A stretch of 64,000 nt of DNA. It comes from Pavona decussata (taxonomy: Eukaryota). The notes under the pieces were generated by a model. That model searched no databases. It worked only from the letters and a program-made list of their open reading frames with translations, and was not told the DNA's origin. A program made the translations under genes and the position numbers. Where the stretch lies: contig CDRNST010000127.1 in NCBI GenBank assembly GCA_977016875.1, forward strand, positions 248,001-312,000, written 5' to 3'. Position 1 is the first letter of the stretch. Each line of letters begins with the position of its first letter. Shown piece by piece: positions 1 to 14,500 of the stretch.

Positions 1-182
1 TTTTCTAAATTGCTCCAGTAATACCACGAATTCGAAGACAAAGTACAACATTTCGAGGCCTATAGTGACACCAACTGCGCGGAAAATCGATTTAACTGTT
101 GAACCTCTTTGTAATAGGAAGGTAGGCCTCCCTAGGGAAATTTGTACACCATGATTGAAACAGCGATGCAACGTGTTATGTT

Positions 183-480
183 ATGTTTAAAAAACGAGCA
201 GGAGTGTTTTATCGGGTTTAAAATCATGAGGCGGAGCCGAGTGGCTTTTGACCCCATGAAACACGTGCTGCGAGTTTTTTGAACGGCTTCGAAAACATTC
301 CTGGAAAAGCGTGTGTCAATAGAGTACATAAGCAATTATGCTTTTGTGAACGTCGGAAATAAGTATACGAGATAAACACCGCATACTAATGAGGAGGAGG
401 TTCATTGATATAAAGTCACTGCACGTGATGTTTTATCGACCATTTGATAGGTCAGTGGGCTTATGAATTATAAATAATGG
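183..480 (+). repeat. Dispersed repeat with hairpin head, copy 1
   Basis: Colinear with 4083-4416. Confidence 0.85.
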
Positions 481-583
481 TAATTCTACAATGGCGCAGT
501 TCTAGAAATGAACCCTGTTTTAAAGAAGAAACAATACCGCTCTTAAAGTTACCAGTGATATTTTCGTGACAGCAACTACTAAC

Positions 584-706
584 CTATACAATGGCGTTTA
601 TCGGATGCGAGTTGATAGCCTTCATCGCACGAACATTTATAACTGCCAATAGTGTTATGGCAAGTATGGGAGCAGCTGTGTAGCCCAAATAAACACTCGT
701 TCAGGT
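584..706 (-). CDS. Exon 22: calcium-binding EGF domain (gene continues outside window)
   Basis: [40 protein letters not shown]; donor GTTAGT; 123 nt. Confidence 0.88.
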
Positions 707-1987
707 CTGAAATAAATTCGGAAAAATAAATATCTGAGCAATAATCGGCAACCTTTGAAATAAGCACAATTTTAGTCTACCTGGCCGAAAACGTTTTCAC
801 CTATAGCTACCAGTTGGATAAGTAAAGCAACATGTTTACTATGGGGTGAAATATTTTTCTTTTATATAATCATCGATCTCTCATCAGAAATAGCATGAAG
901 CGGTGTTTATTTTTCTGAGGAGATTCGGAGTCCATCTAAGACACCAGCCAGGGTGTTTCATTTTCCTTCTTAAACAGACCGGTAAACAAAGAGAGAACGA
1001 AGAAATAAAATTGCCGAAATTAGTCAGTACTAACGAGGCTTTCAAATCTCGCCAGGTCTGATATTCTTTTTGTATATAGATTTGTGAGCAATAAACCATA
1101 TTCCAAAACGGCTGCTATTTAAATTAGAATTCTTTTGTTCGCGTTCAAACTAGTCTTTAAGCTCAAAAATCAAAAGAATGCTTTACCTTGAAGGAGGCAA
1201 GAACGGCTAATTTGAATGCAAACAAAAGAATAGTAAAATGGACGCCATTTTGGAATAAGGTTTATGAATAAGTTAATTAGCAGCAAGCTATAAAGTCTAA
1301 AGTCGTAGTTACCGTCACAGTGTTTGCGGTCTTTGTTAAGCATAAATCCATTGTGGCAGGTGCACCGGAAGCTACCGTCATGATTAACACAGTAATGCTC
1401 ACAGCCATGCGTGCTGTCACTGCATTCGTTACGGTCTGCATAGAAATGTGAATTAATTATAATTAATTACAATTAATCAAGAATGTGTTTATAGGCCATT
1501 TCCGAGCTGCTTTGAACCTCATTATAAAAGTGAGGCTAATCTATTTATAGTATGAAAGTTAGTTTTCATTCAAATCTAATTTTCATATGAAAAGCCTTGC
1601 ACTTAGCCTCGCTTTCATAATGAGGTTCACAGCAACTTAGAAATGGCCTATTCCTTTACGCCAATGAATTTTAAATATTTAGTGGGTTTTTCATGTTGGC
1701 AGCGCACTTAGCTATCTCAAGCTAGTTTATAGGCACTCCAGTCAAAATATGGGAAACAAATAATCAGATGAAACATTACAGGAGCCAGACCAGCTGGCCA
1801 AGCTCTCGAATCTCTTTATGATGGCCAAATTACCTTATCACCTAAGTCGATAAAACGACATATTCAGTTGACGGATGAGTTAAGCCCCATCCACACCAAC
1901 AAAACATGTTTAAGGACGGTGCCTACTAATAGCGAAGTATTTTCGCGCAGTTTATCACTATGTGGGAAAAGCAGATCTGAGTAGCGG

Positions 1988-2018
<31 letters not shown>

Positions 2019-2133
2019 ACCACGCATTTTTTAGAGATAACTAAGCAACAAATATTCTAAAAAGCAGCAAAGTACAAAGCAATGTATGGCGCTTTTTTCC
2101 AAATTAAAGCTTTATTATCTCTGAAAAATGCAA

Positions 2134-2164
<31 letters not shown>

Positions 2165-2261
2165 AATCACTTGCTAAGTTCTGCTTTCTCCGCATAGTTT
2201 TAAAGCGCACAAAAATATCCCTGTATTAGTATGCATCACCCATAGGAAACCCGAGTATCTC

Positions 2262-2312
<51 letters not shown>

Positions 2313-5300
2313 AACCCAGGTTTAACAAAATGAAAATTGGTAACAGAAAGCTCAACCATTGGCTTTGACATAGAATTCAAGTAAACTTTAACTTATGCTT
2401 TCATTTGTGCTAAATTTGTAGTCAACAAAAATCCAAAAGCAGCTTTTATGAAGGAAACAATTTTAAACTGTGTTTACCTAAACAGCTTTTAAACGTGCTT
2501 AAGCCTTGGTGTGAATGGGGCATTAGACAGAGCGGGACTCGACCACCGGAACTCCGGATTCTTGCGTCCCTAATGTTATCTGTTTGTTGGATTTTTGTAA
2601 CAACCACAAATTAACGATCCAAAACAAACGTAAATTTTTTTTGCGGTGATTCCCTCGAAATAAAGATTGCCGTGAAATTTCTTGGCAAACTTTCTGCGCT
2701 GATGCGCAATGCTATTCAAAGGAATCACCTTAAGTGGTTTGGTTCATACCTTCACAACGTCTTCCATCTGACGCCAAAGTGTAACCATGGTGACACATAC
2801 AGCGGTGTCCTCCATCTGGGAGATTCACACAGTAGTGGTGGCAGCCATATCTCCTTGCAGGGCACCTCTCTTTTCCTTGAAAAAAGTTGGGAATTGAAAA
2901 GGCCCTTTGAGCTATCATTTAATTGCCGTTTCCGAAGTTCATAGAGGGACTCGATCGTTCAAGTTCCCTCATATGAAGAAATGAACCCCATCGCCAGAAA
3001 GATCACATAAAAATTAGCAAGTTTGCCAAGTTTGGTTACGTTTTATTGCGTAGTAACTAGGCTGTGACCTGTCAAAGGTCTCCCAAATTCCATACAGATG
3101 ACTCTAATTCTGAAATGGCGTCTCCCAAATCCATAGAGTCTCTAATTTTTTCCGATTTTTGAAAAGTCTTCTACGTGGTTGCAATCTAACGACAGAACCT
3201 CAAACTTGGAAAACTGACTAATTTTAATGTGGTCTATCTTGTGACGGACTTCAGTTTCTGATTGAATAAAAATTTAAATCTAGTCCACAGTCCCTTTATC
3301 AATTTTGCAACGGGCAATAAAGTTCCCAACCAGATAACAGTCTGGGGCCACCTTACATAAAGGCGATAATATAGTTCAGTAACTTTCTAAGCGTTTACAG
3401 ACGCTTAAATTCCCTAACGTTTTTAGTTCTTCTTTTACCTTTTTGTTTACATACAGTAGTGCATACTCTATATGAAAAACGTTTCACAACAATCAAGACC
3501 AAGTATCGCACACTATCTTGCATCTGCTTAGAAGAGCAAGGACATTTTCGAGCAATTACGTATTAAAACACGTAAAATGACATAAACAAGACTTTATTCT
3601 AGCAAGTAAGCCTAGCAAACGTTTATGAGGAACAACAAATGAATAAAATACATATAAAATACATTCTTTGGAATCCCCTTTCATATGAGTAAAGAGCCAC
3701 TCAACAAGAACACAAATATGTCTTTTTTAAACAAATAAATAAATAAATAAATAAATAAATAAATTAATTAATTAATTAATTAATCAATTCAAAACCTTAC
3801 CTTTGTGATGCTGATTGTAGTGTTTGTGCAACGTTTGTTTAAGGTGATGATAATGCCGCACATTGTTTGATTCCGCGTTTTCATCCGAATGACTTCCATG
3901 ATTTTTGTCGTCACTGGAAGGGCCTGAGGGAAACAAAATTGCATCGTTGGAACATTAACGCAATGCCTCAATTATCGGTTAAGATGAAATAAATGAAATA
4001 AAGAATTTAAAATACTGCTGAATCCACTGCTCTGAAATTAGTTGACGAAAATAAACTTTCCATTTGTGAAATTGTTTAAGCAATGTTTAAAAATGAGCAG
4101 GAGTGTTTTATCGGGTTTAAAACCACAAGGCGCAGACGAGTGGTTTTAGACCCGATAAAACACGTGCTGCAAGTTTTTTTGAACGGCTTCAAAAACATTC
4201 CTGGAAAAGCGTGTGTCAATAGAGTTTATAACAATTATGCTTTTGTGAATGTTGGAAATTAGCATATGAGAAAAACACCCCATAATAACGAGGAGTGTTT
4301 TATCAGCTGATAAAATACCGCATACTAATAAGGAGGAGGTTTATCGATATAAAGTCACTGCACGTGATGTATTATCGACCATTTGATAGGTCAATGGGCT
4401 TATGAATCATTAATGAGTTTTGAAAGTACTCAATTTCTACTCCTTATAACAGATAAGAATATAAAAGAATATATATATAGAATCATGGCCTAGTTTACTC
4501 ACCGTGTGTAGACGTCGTTGTTGGAGTCACTGTAGTTGATATCACTGGTTTGGTGGTTTCCAGTCTCTTTGTGGTCGGCTCGGTTGGTCGCTGAGAAACT
4601 GTAATGACAACGCAAATGAGAATATTTCTCTCTCGAAATCTTAAAGTTATCAGAAATATTCTGACATTAAGTTGCTCCCTTAGTACGCTTTCCATTTATT
4701 CATCTTAACGACTGTTTGTGTCATTAATAAGATGTGAAATCTCGCAGAGCTGGCTTTGTCAATCCTTCAGCATGGTGCATAAGATTTTCAAAGTAGAGAA
4801 AGCAAATTCAAAATGTTAACTGATAAAGCGGGGGCAAATGGAGGCAGAATAGCGAGAAACTCTTCAAATGCAGTGAATTAAGATGTAACTTTAAAAAAGC
4901 TAAGTTCTGAATTTTGAGATAATGCGCCATCAACGCCACACTCTATAAGACATGCGTGGAAACTGCTTACCATGTATAACGTCCTTGTTCTTCAATCTGA
5001 CAACATAAGCCATCGCAGTCGCAACAGAGAGGTGACTGGCCTCTATAAGCTGACACGTGTCCTTGTTGTAGCATCTCACTGTGTAACACCGCTGACCTTC
5101 ACTATAAGCCAGGTCACATGACTGATCCTCGCAACATAATTCTACGCACCGACTTATGTCTGGCACCAGACCCTTCTCCGTGAACACCCCTGAGTCTTGT
5201 CCCCCCTTCAACTGCACGTTGTAAAACGTTTTGTCTTTCTCACAGATAGTGCTGTGTTTGTAGTTCACGCTTTCATCTGGAGTAACTTCAGGCATTGCTA

Positions 5301-8300
5301 CTGGCTCAGCACTAACGTTTCCAAGCTTTTCCACGCTCGCTTCCGCGGCGCTACTAAACATAGCCAAACCACCTCTTTTGATGTAAGAAATCACCGCCTT
5401 TACCGCCGTGTTTTCAATTGGTCGCGTTCGACAGAGATCCCGACTGAAGCAGCTTACAGTATAACAGGTATCTTGTATGACATAAGCCACATGACATGTC
5501 GGAGATAAACAGCACTTCTCAATGCACAACTGAATATCGCCCACGTTTGGAAACTGAGCAACTTCGCCTGCTCCCATTCCTCCATTCAGTATGACCTTGT
5601 TGACTGTTAGTCCTTGGGAGCAGTCGGTTGGGGGCCTGGACGTAGCCATATGACTAGCATCCACGCGGGGGACCCCCAGCATATTACTAAGGGGTTGCGC
5701 AGTCGCAGGAGATTGTGTGGGTTTTACTTCACCAAGAAGGTCCTCCAGTGAAGGTTCTGTTGTTTTCGGAGCTTGCGTGGTCTTTGCTTGAGCTGTAAGG
5801 AGAAAACAAAAACATATTATTGAACGTTTGAATAATTCAACAATTGTTCTTAGGACACTTTGCTTCTATTAGACTCGAATGTTACTTCTCGTCGGTTACC
5901 TAATACTCAATCTTTCAGTAATTTTGGCTTAAATATTTTTGTTGAGTGCTTTCTTATTGTTATGCCACGTCTTCTTAACACAGCATTTCCGTTACAAAGA
6001 TAATTTGAAAATTTAACGAGCAAGGTGTTTATGTTTGAGCAGAGACATATTGTACAGTTTTGATCAAAGCAACGTAAACCCATGTGACATTGCCCATTTA
6101 AACAAATAGATCGACAAATAATCATATTTTACAATTGTTAAAACCAGTAACATAAAAAAAATATTTCTGTTAAGCATACCTTTGAACACTTTCCTGTACA
6201 TATATATCATCTTCAGAGAGAAATTCTTCAACCGGGCAGGCCTGACACTACAAAGCTCTGCAGCGGAGCATTCCAACGCAAAGCAAGTATCTCCCATAAG
6301 AATGGCCACATCGCATGTTCTCACATCACAGCATCTCCGCGCACAATCAGCCATATCTGTAAACTCTGCTAGCCGCGTAAAGTTTCCCGCACGAAGCCCG
6401 CCTACCAGAGTCACGTGATGATAAAGTTTGCTGTGGGTACAGGTTGATCTTGCAGGCTCTGACGTTGTGCTTGGAGGTGCTTTAGTAGTTAACAGCATGT
6501 TCATAAAGTTAAATGCCGTATCTTTGTCATCCTCCGTATAAAAAGCTTTAGCATCAGGGTCAATAAGGACTTGGCTTGCTGGGGCAGTCGATAAATTCTT
6601 GATTTCTTGGGCAAGATGAGGACGAGGTGTCGATTCTAAAAATGAAATACAAGTGGGGTGATCAGTGTTGCAGTTTTTTTTGTTTAGAACCTCAGTTTTA
6701 CTATCGTACTGGCGACTATTTGTTTATTTACCGAATTGATCAAAAGCAAGAAGAACGTCAATTATGTTTTAAGTCGTAATACTCTGATGTTGTCATTCAA
6801 AGTTTATTTTCTTTTAGCCTTGAATGGGAAAACACTGTTTGAAGATATTTCGAACCAACAAGAGAAAAAACAACTTTCACACGTTCCTCGTAATCAATAT
6901 AACCCTTTGTCTTCCTTAATACAAAAGACTACTTACCAGCTTGTTTGTGTCGATCAACAAAACCAATAACAGGACTGTTCTCGGACGGGTTCTTAATAAA
7001 CGTCTTGCATTCCTCCTTGTCGTTGCAACTAATGGCGAAGCAGTTATCCTCCACCATATATGCCACAGAACAATCCTTAATCCCACAGCAAATCTCCATA
7101 CACTCTTCAATAGCACCAACGGGTCCCTTATCAGTAAAATTTCCTGCGCCTAATCCACCTACGAGATCCCTGTTTCTGTACACGTTCCCCAGCTTACATA
7201 TGGAGTTAACGTTTGAGTTGGTTGTCTTGGCTACTGTGGGAGGCATAGCGGTGGTTTTAGTTGCCACACTTGTTGGCCGTTTGTTGGGCTTCGCCGTCGA
7301 TTGTGTAGTTGTTGCTGTTATTTCTGTGGCTTTAGTCGTTGTTGATGGTGTAGTTTGCGATTCCTTTGAGGTGTGCGGCAGAGGCCTAGCAGCACTGACC
7401 GCAGCCGTCGCTGTGCCAAGTCTAGCTTTCGTGGGTTCTCCTACCTGATCCATGAAATCTAAAGTGGTGTTGGGTGTCTTCAGAAGAGGCATGTTCGTTA
7501 AGTGAGTCTTAGCTTCCGAAAACCAAACGGAGTCGGTGTTTACTCCTGAAAATCTGTCCGAGGAAGGACCTTCCGTGTAACTCTTAGTGTAAACAGAATT
7601 TGAATCTGGTTGAAGATGAGTATTTCCACCCATGCTCTCCAGGTATCGATCGATCTCTCCCTCAGGCAGTGCGCGTCTGTACACGTAAATCTCATCAAGA
7701 TTTCCAAGCAAAATCCTGCGTCCTGAGTGTGAACCAAAACCTGCCTTAGCCCCCCAGTCAAGGGATAGCAAACCACTTCCATGCCCCTCCCCTACTAAGT
7801 CACCGTTGACAAACACTCTCGCCACGTGATTTCTTGAATCGTACGTGCCAACCACGTGATACCACACGTTGGGCTGTAGTATTGGCGAAGTCCTAACATT
7901 GAAGACCTCCTTGGCGTATTCGTTTCTATGAAACCATCTTATACGCCCATTGTAGACTTCAAAGTGGTACTGTCCTTTCCTGTGGATTGAGTGACCGCCA
8001 ATTGTGTCAAACAGGGAGTGCACTCCACCAGTCCTCCAGAGTTTTACCCACAATGCAATGGTAACTGCCTCCTGAGGTTTCTCTCTGAAGTGCTCACCGT
8101 CGAGAAGAACATCGCCACCATTGAGTTTAATAGCGGCACCTCGTTTGCCTGGTCTGGCTATTTCAGTACCTGGAACGAGACAATAAATATAAAGGTCAGC
8201 CGTAAGTTCTGTATGAAGGCCAGGACAAATCTTCCCTAAAGGAATTAGAAAAACAATTCGTTCCAAAGCGATCGGATTTACGAGCCTTTGTATCGTATCG

Positions 8301-8474
8301 TCGCACTCTATAATCTATGATTACTGCTAGTTTTAGAGATTATGTTTCTTATTTACCAGTATCCGAGTGCCACACGTTTGTCAATGACATTTGTCACTGG
8401 CACGTGTCAACCACAAGAAATAATGTCGCTATTCTATTCTATTCTATTCTATTCTATTCTATTCTATTCTATTC

Positions 8475-8519
<45 letters not shown>

Positions 8520-11500
8520 ATATTTCTTGCAAATAACTAGGTAATCCAGCCACATGGCTGCGGTGTTGTAATAAATCAAATATTCTATTCTATTCTATCA
8601 AATTTAAATAGCATATTTTGCAGGATATCCCTAAAAAACTACCGATACTCCTTCACAAACTTAGGTGGACAGTCAAATGTGGAATTCAAGACAACAACAA
8701 GTAAACTGTAACCGGTTTTAACTTTGGGCTACTTTTTCATTTTGAAAACGTCTAATGGGGAGTTGAATTTGGATATTTACCAAAAATCAGTTTTAAGAAG
8801 GACCATTCAAGAAATTTTAATAAAAGGCAGTGGTACAGATTAGGTGAGACAGGCTATTGTCGTTTTCACGATCTAATACGTATCGGTCTAATCCATTTTT
8901 TTTGGGCTTTCTTGTGTATACTTGTTGATAAAAACCATTTCTTAATCTTAATTACCTCTCGTTAATCTTGCATCGTTGTTTAGTCCAGATCCATCCACGG
9001 CCACAGAACCAATCACGTGATCAAATCCAAGGTAGAGCGAGAGATAACGGATGTGGTCCCCTGTCACATCATCCATGCTTCCACCCAGAGGACTAAGAGG
9101 GAGTGGGGTGGGGGTCGGAGAAGGTACATCCTCGTCCTCTACCATATCTGTAGTAAAAAAAATAAAATTATTATGAATATACTATATTTAATCCCGTTAA
9201 GTGTTTACAACACAAGCTGTTCGTGGGCCGAGCATTGGAACATTTGAAACAGATATTTCAGATTGAGTACGAGTTATTGAAAATTTATACAACTTTACGG
9301 GAAAATCTGAACAGATCTTTACATCGCCCACATAACGGAAGCGTTGTTCATGTTATATCACTGTAAGGGGACGCATGCGATGCTGGATTCTCAGCTATCT
9401 GCTAAAATTTAAACCATTTCTCAGCTCTCAGTTAATTATGCCTGGTCTCAGTTAACGTTTACTTCTCACGTAATTATTACGTTTTTTATCAGTTATCAGT
9501 GAATCCCATGCAGACCTTCTACTCTACATGCATAGCAAATACGTTTTAGGAGACTGCGATAGTTTCCTTGTATCCTTGTGCAAATTCTCAAACTAAGGTT
9601 TTACACTGTAATGTGCAATCAGTGGAGAAAACAGTATTATAGAAGTTTTTATTCGAATTCTATTCTATTCAAAGCCACTATAGTTTTAATTGTTAAGTGA
9701 AGAGCAATGTATCTCACCTTGACGACTAACAAAGGATATCTGATACTCTCCACCTTCCTCAACTGTACACGTATCTCCACCTTTGCATCGTACCGTATAA
9801 CATTTCTTTTTCTTTAGCATCACAAAATCACAAGCTGGTTCATCACAGCACAGATCAAGACACTCAGCCATATTATCCACGCCAGCCACTTGAAGCAGCA
9901 TGCCTGCATTCCAGCCGTCACGAAGCTTAACGTCATAGAAGAACATTCCTTGAGCACAGAAGCGCTTTGTGCTTGGTGAACTGTATGTGGGTCGGAAGGA
10001 ATCTTGCCTGTATGACAGGAACATGTCACTCGCTGTTAATCTGGTTGGTAGCAGTAGTGCAGTAGGTTTTTGGGTAGTTGGAGGGTTTGTTGGCCGCTCC
10101 TCCAAATCTTGCATCTCTGTGGAAATTATAGAATAGGAATGTATCATTTGTGTCATTAAAAAGGCACTCTTTGTCCAACGAAATAAATTTAGTGAGTTAT
10201 ATGAGATGACCATAAGTGCCGGCTCTTTAACCCGGATTCTGTAATATGAAACACGTAGAGGCGCTATTCATTCAAGAAAAATATTCGGTTGGAAATTCTG
10301 GAAACTTTCCGTGTCAAATTGAGAGGTTTTTTTCCAGCGTTTCAAACTTGCATTCTCGATGGCAGATGAGAAATTTGCGTAATGGCGCAATGATGGTGCG
10401 CGAAGACAACAAAGAGGAAATGGAAAAAGCCTGTACAAATAGAACGGTAATTTCCGTTCTGACTTGTTGGAGGTGTAACTGCACTAAAGTTTAGTCCTAA
10501 CAGGTGTTGTTGTGGATGATATTTTCAAGTCACAGCAGATGGTGTGAAAACATTCTCAGATATATGTCGGAGAACATTATGAAATGCTATCACGAGTAAA
10601 ACTCAAGAAAGTGGCTTTCGAGGATCAAGAAAAATAGACGGACCAGTGTAGATTGTTTAAGTTAATTAGGTTACCGTGTTTATCTTTGAAATATTTTCGA
10701 AGAAAGCGTGCGTACGACGTTGACTTCGTAACGTTTTGCGGCACAACTCTCGACATATATATTTACATCCTCGTCTTTTTCACAGCAAAACGCTCTTCCT
10801 TCATGAAATTTTCAAATAAAAATGACTCAAGTTTTGTAATAAGGGTATATCACTTCAAAAGGAGTGTCATCTCATTTATCCCAGATTTAGTTGGGGCAAA
10901 AGATCACGTGAAGCATTTTGACCAACCGGAAACAAAAGACAACATCTGATGGATGATAATTAATGACATTAGAACTGTGTCGTTTGAGGAACTACTTACT
11001 TCCGTCGAGGATAGACTTGCCGTTTCTTGTGACGTAGTAAACACTGGGCATGTCACCTCTGTACGGGACCGCTGCCACAGGCTCACATAGTTTATTGTTA
11101 AAGCAGTCCACAGCATAGCAGCTATCGCGAGTCATAAAAACAAGGTCACACGACTCGATTTCGCAACAAAGCTTCAAGCAACTTGTACTACCCTTTACTT
11201 GCCCCAGGTCTATGAAGAGTCCTGCGTTCATTCCACCTTTTAACTCACTGTTGAAGTAAAACATCCCTTGCTGGCAGTTTGGTTGTTCATGTAAGGTGAT
11301 CGTGGGTGGAACACCAGCTACCCCAAGCTTTTTGCTAAGGGTTGCAATAGGTGGTATATCAAGTGTTGGCTTAAATGAACTTGATACCACGGTGGGGCGC
11401 GTAGTGGGTATAGTAGTTGGTGTTTTTGTTGTAGCAATTGTGGATGGTTTTTTCGTTGGAGTAGGACGCGTTGTAGCTTTTGTCAAAGATTTCGTGGTGG

Positions 11501-14500
11501 CAGTAGTTTGAGTTGTGGAAGGTGCAGTTGGCTTACGTCGATCCTTGGAAATTGTAGCGTTTGGATGCAGCAACAGCATGGAATCTTCGACCATTTGCTC
11601 AGGAATGAGGCCATCATAACTTCCTTCGTTCAAAGGGATAGTTCCACCTATAAACAAATGCAAGTATAATACATCACCGCAAGGAAGGAACAATTTAAGG
11701 GAACCTCCACTCTGACAATAAACTTTGACGTTACATTGTTGGAAACGTCTACATTCTAAATTTTAGTTTGAAAAGTAGAAATAGCATTCAAGTGTGCTAA
11801 AAACTAGGTAAAATGAGTAACATCTAAACCTGAAGAAGCCTGGTTTGGCCAGCCGAAATATTGTTTTAAAATTTATTACGTTGTGTCAGCTTTGCAGTAG
11901 TCTTTGGACTTCTCATCGTAAAATTATCGTCTATTTTCGCTTTTAAATTTCCCGCAATCCACCATTTTGTATTTTGTGATGTCATACGGTTGCCGCTGTT
12001 GTCAGTGAGCGGAAGATCTTTTGTGTGAAACAATTGAGCAACCGTATTACGTCATGAAATCCAACATGGCAGCGCCCGGGAAATTTAAAAGCGAAAATAA
12101 GAGATAATCAAATCCTGTTTTGTCTGATACAGAAATATTATTTCCATGTTTTCCAACAAAATGTAAAATAAGATTGTTGTTTCAACAATTTATCGTTAAC
12201 TTATTTCAACAGTGGAGGTTTCCTTTAAAAAATTGATAACAATGCGGTTATAGCATTGACGAAAAACTAATGGTAATCAAACTCGTTGATAAAAACAAAA
12301 AACAGTTGGACCTGCATTCAAAGGTCAAAAGTCACTAGTGCTTTCGTGGGCATATCAATACAATAAAAAGTCCATTATCGATGTTTAAACAACTGCCATT
12401 CTAAATGAAGTAACATAATTTAAATGACTCCTTTTCATTATTGGTGCTACGAGAATAGCTAGATAGTAAAATGATACACTAAGTTTTATACCTGCCCCAG
12501 GATTGCATTCTTCCAACAAATCAGCAAGGTCTGAGGCCGCAAGCGCGTGGTTATACATGTACAACTCATCAATAAGCCCTCGGATGCCTTCGGGAATTCC
12601 GACACCAACTTCGCCATCCCAGTTCTGCGACAGCAACCCGTACCCGTCTTTTTCATCCAGAACAGCTCCATTCAGAACGATTTTGCTTTTGTTGATATGC
12701 GAGTCATAGGTTGCACCGACGTGCACCCAATCAAGCGAGTCCACCGTCTGCCTCGTTTCCATACTGAAAATCACGTGCCCAAGGTCGTCAACGTGCGACC
12801 AATAAATGACACCATCGGCGACTTGCAAATGATACTTGGCTCCAGACCCCATCGTTTTGAACAAAGTGGCAGTTCCGGAAACTGAGTCGAGCTTCAACCA
12901 TAAAGCGATGGTGATGCCCTCACGTGGTCGGTTATTGAACCTGGTGAAAATGAGGTGTCCACCGCGCATGCTTAAAGCAGAGCCACATTTGAATTCAGTG
13001 ACAGAGAGGCCTACTTCCGGACTGAGGACGGCGTTGTTGTTATGGCCGGAGGTGTCAAGGGCTGTGCGATTTTCAATGTTTTCAAAACCAATGTGAAGCA
13101 CCAGATATGCAATGTTACCTTTAGTACACAAAATAGTGAAGTTTCAGTTAAGTAACTTGTAGCTAGCTAATCCTGGGGCTTTTCAGCATTCAATACCGAG
13201 ATAATTCTAGAGGATAACGAAAACGGATGGATAAGATAAGAAACCTTTATTTCAATAGGGTAACTCCTTCAGTTTTTCTACAAGATAAAAACTGCTATCC
13301 GTAGAGGCCCTTTATAATAAACTAAATTGAGTGGAAATAATAATGATAATTAAGTACAAATAAATATAGCTATAAAATGTCATATAAAGTAAAAAACTAA
13401 AAATCTAAATGTAATTAAAAATTCTGATCGAAAATTACACAGCCATGATAAAAAAGGCTTTTTTCGTACATTCTAATTTTACTGGCGGGAGTCTAAGTTT
13501 ATCACTGCTCCTTGTCCTTCTGAGAGAGTTGAAACAAGTTACTTTGACTGGTACTGTAACACGGTCACTGCTCTGATACAACCTCCAGCTCCTTTAATCA
13601 AAAGCATCGAAATAGCTTGGGTGTCCATTAATTCTTAAGAGTGAAGGGATTACAAAAGAGTTACTTAAATGAACTTCTAACATTCACCTGCTCTCAATTG
13701 TCCTCGCCAAAGTTGCGTCAAAGAAAGTAAGAACTACTGCAATAATTTTTGCTCAATGCTTATTTATCTATGTTACATTCAAGAGCTTTATACAAACGTG
13801 CCAAAAATTCGTCGTTACCTGATGTTTTTAATGTTAACCGATTGTTCATGCAGCTTTTCCGGGAAGCATAACAGTGCAAGAGGCCTTAAAGATCTCTTAC
13901 AATGTTATGCTAACCGGTTAAACTGGTAATGCCACAATCATCCGGGAATTCCAGTTGGGAATATAGTTTCAGGAAAACCCTGCAATATTTCTAACTAAAA
14001 ACCCTCCAAAAAGCTGTCTTTTCTAATATGAAGGAAACTCACTTAAAAAAATAAACTAAGAATTACTAAAAATATATTTGATGGTCTTCACAACAAAAAC
14101 AGCTAAAAAAAAATAAGTGCGTTTTTTGGAAGAATTCAAAAACGGATTTGTGATCTCCGATCATTCGGATCATGGTGCATCAAAGGAACTGACGAATCTA
14201 TGTCCAGAGTGGATTCGTCGGTTCCTCTGATGCACCGAATGATCTGAGATCACAAATCCATTTTTGGATTCTCCCAAAACAACGCACCTATAGTCTACAG
14301 TTACCTGTTATGGTGTAGATATACGAAAAGATAAGTAAAGGAAATAGCCCACACAAAAGCAAAGGTCATTGAACATATCTCATACAGGCCGATAGTCAAC
14401 CTTCGTAATTAACTTCTACGATACAATTCAACACCTTTATTTAAAGGGGGAGGCGTAATAGCCTATTACAGTTTTCAAGCTTACAGCCCTCAGAATAAGA

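Noticed and set aside
8317-8544. ORFs with poly-Ile/poly-Leu 'membrane' segments
   Set aside because: They are translations of the (ATTCT)n/(TAT)n microsatellite.
13225-13700. Possible decayed LINE 3' end (minus-strand AATAAA followed by a short (CTTAT)n-like tail)
   Set aside because: No readable RT motif; too weak to call.
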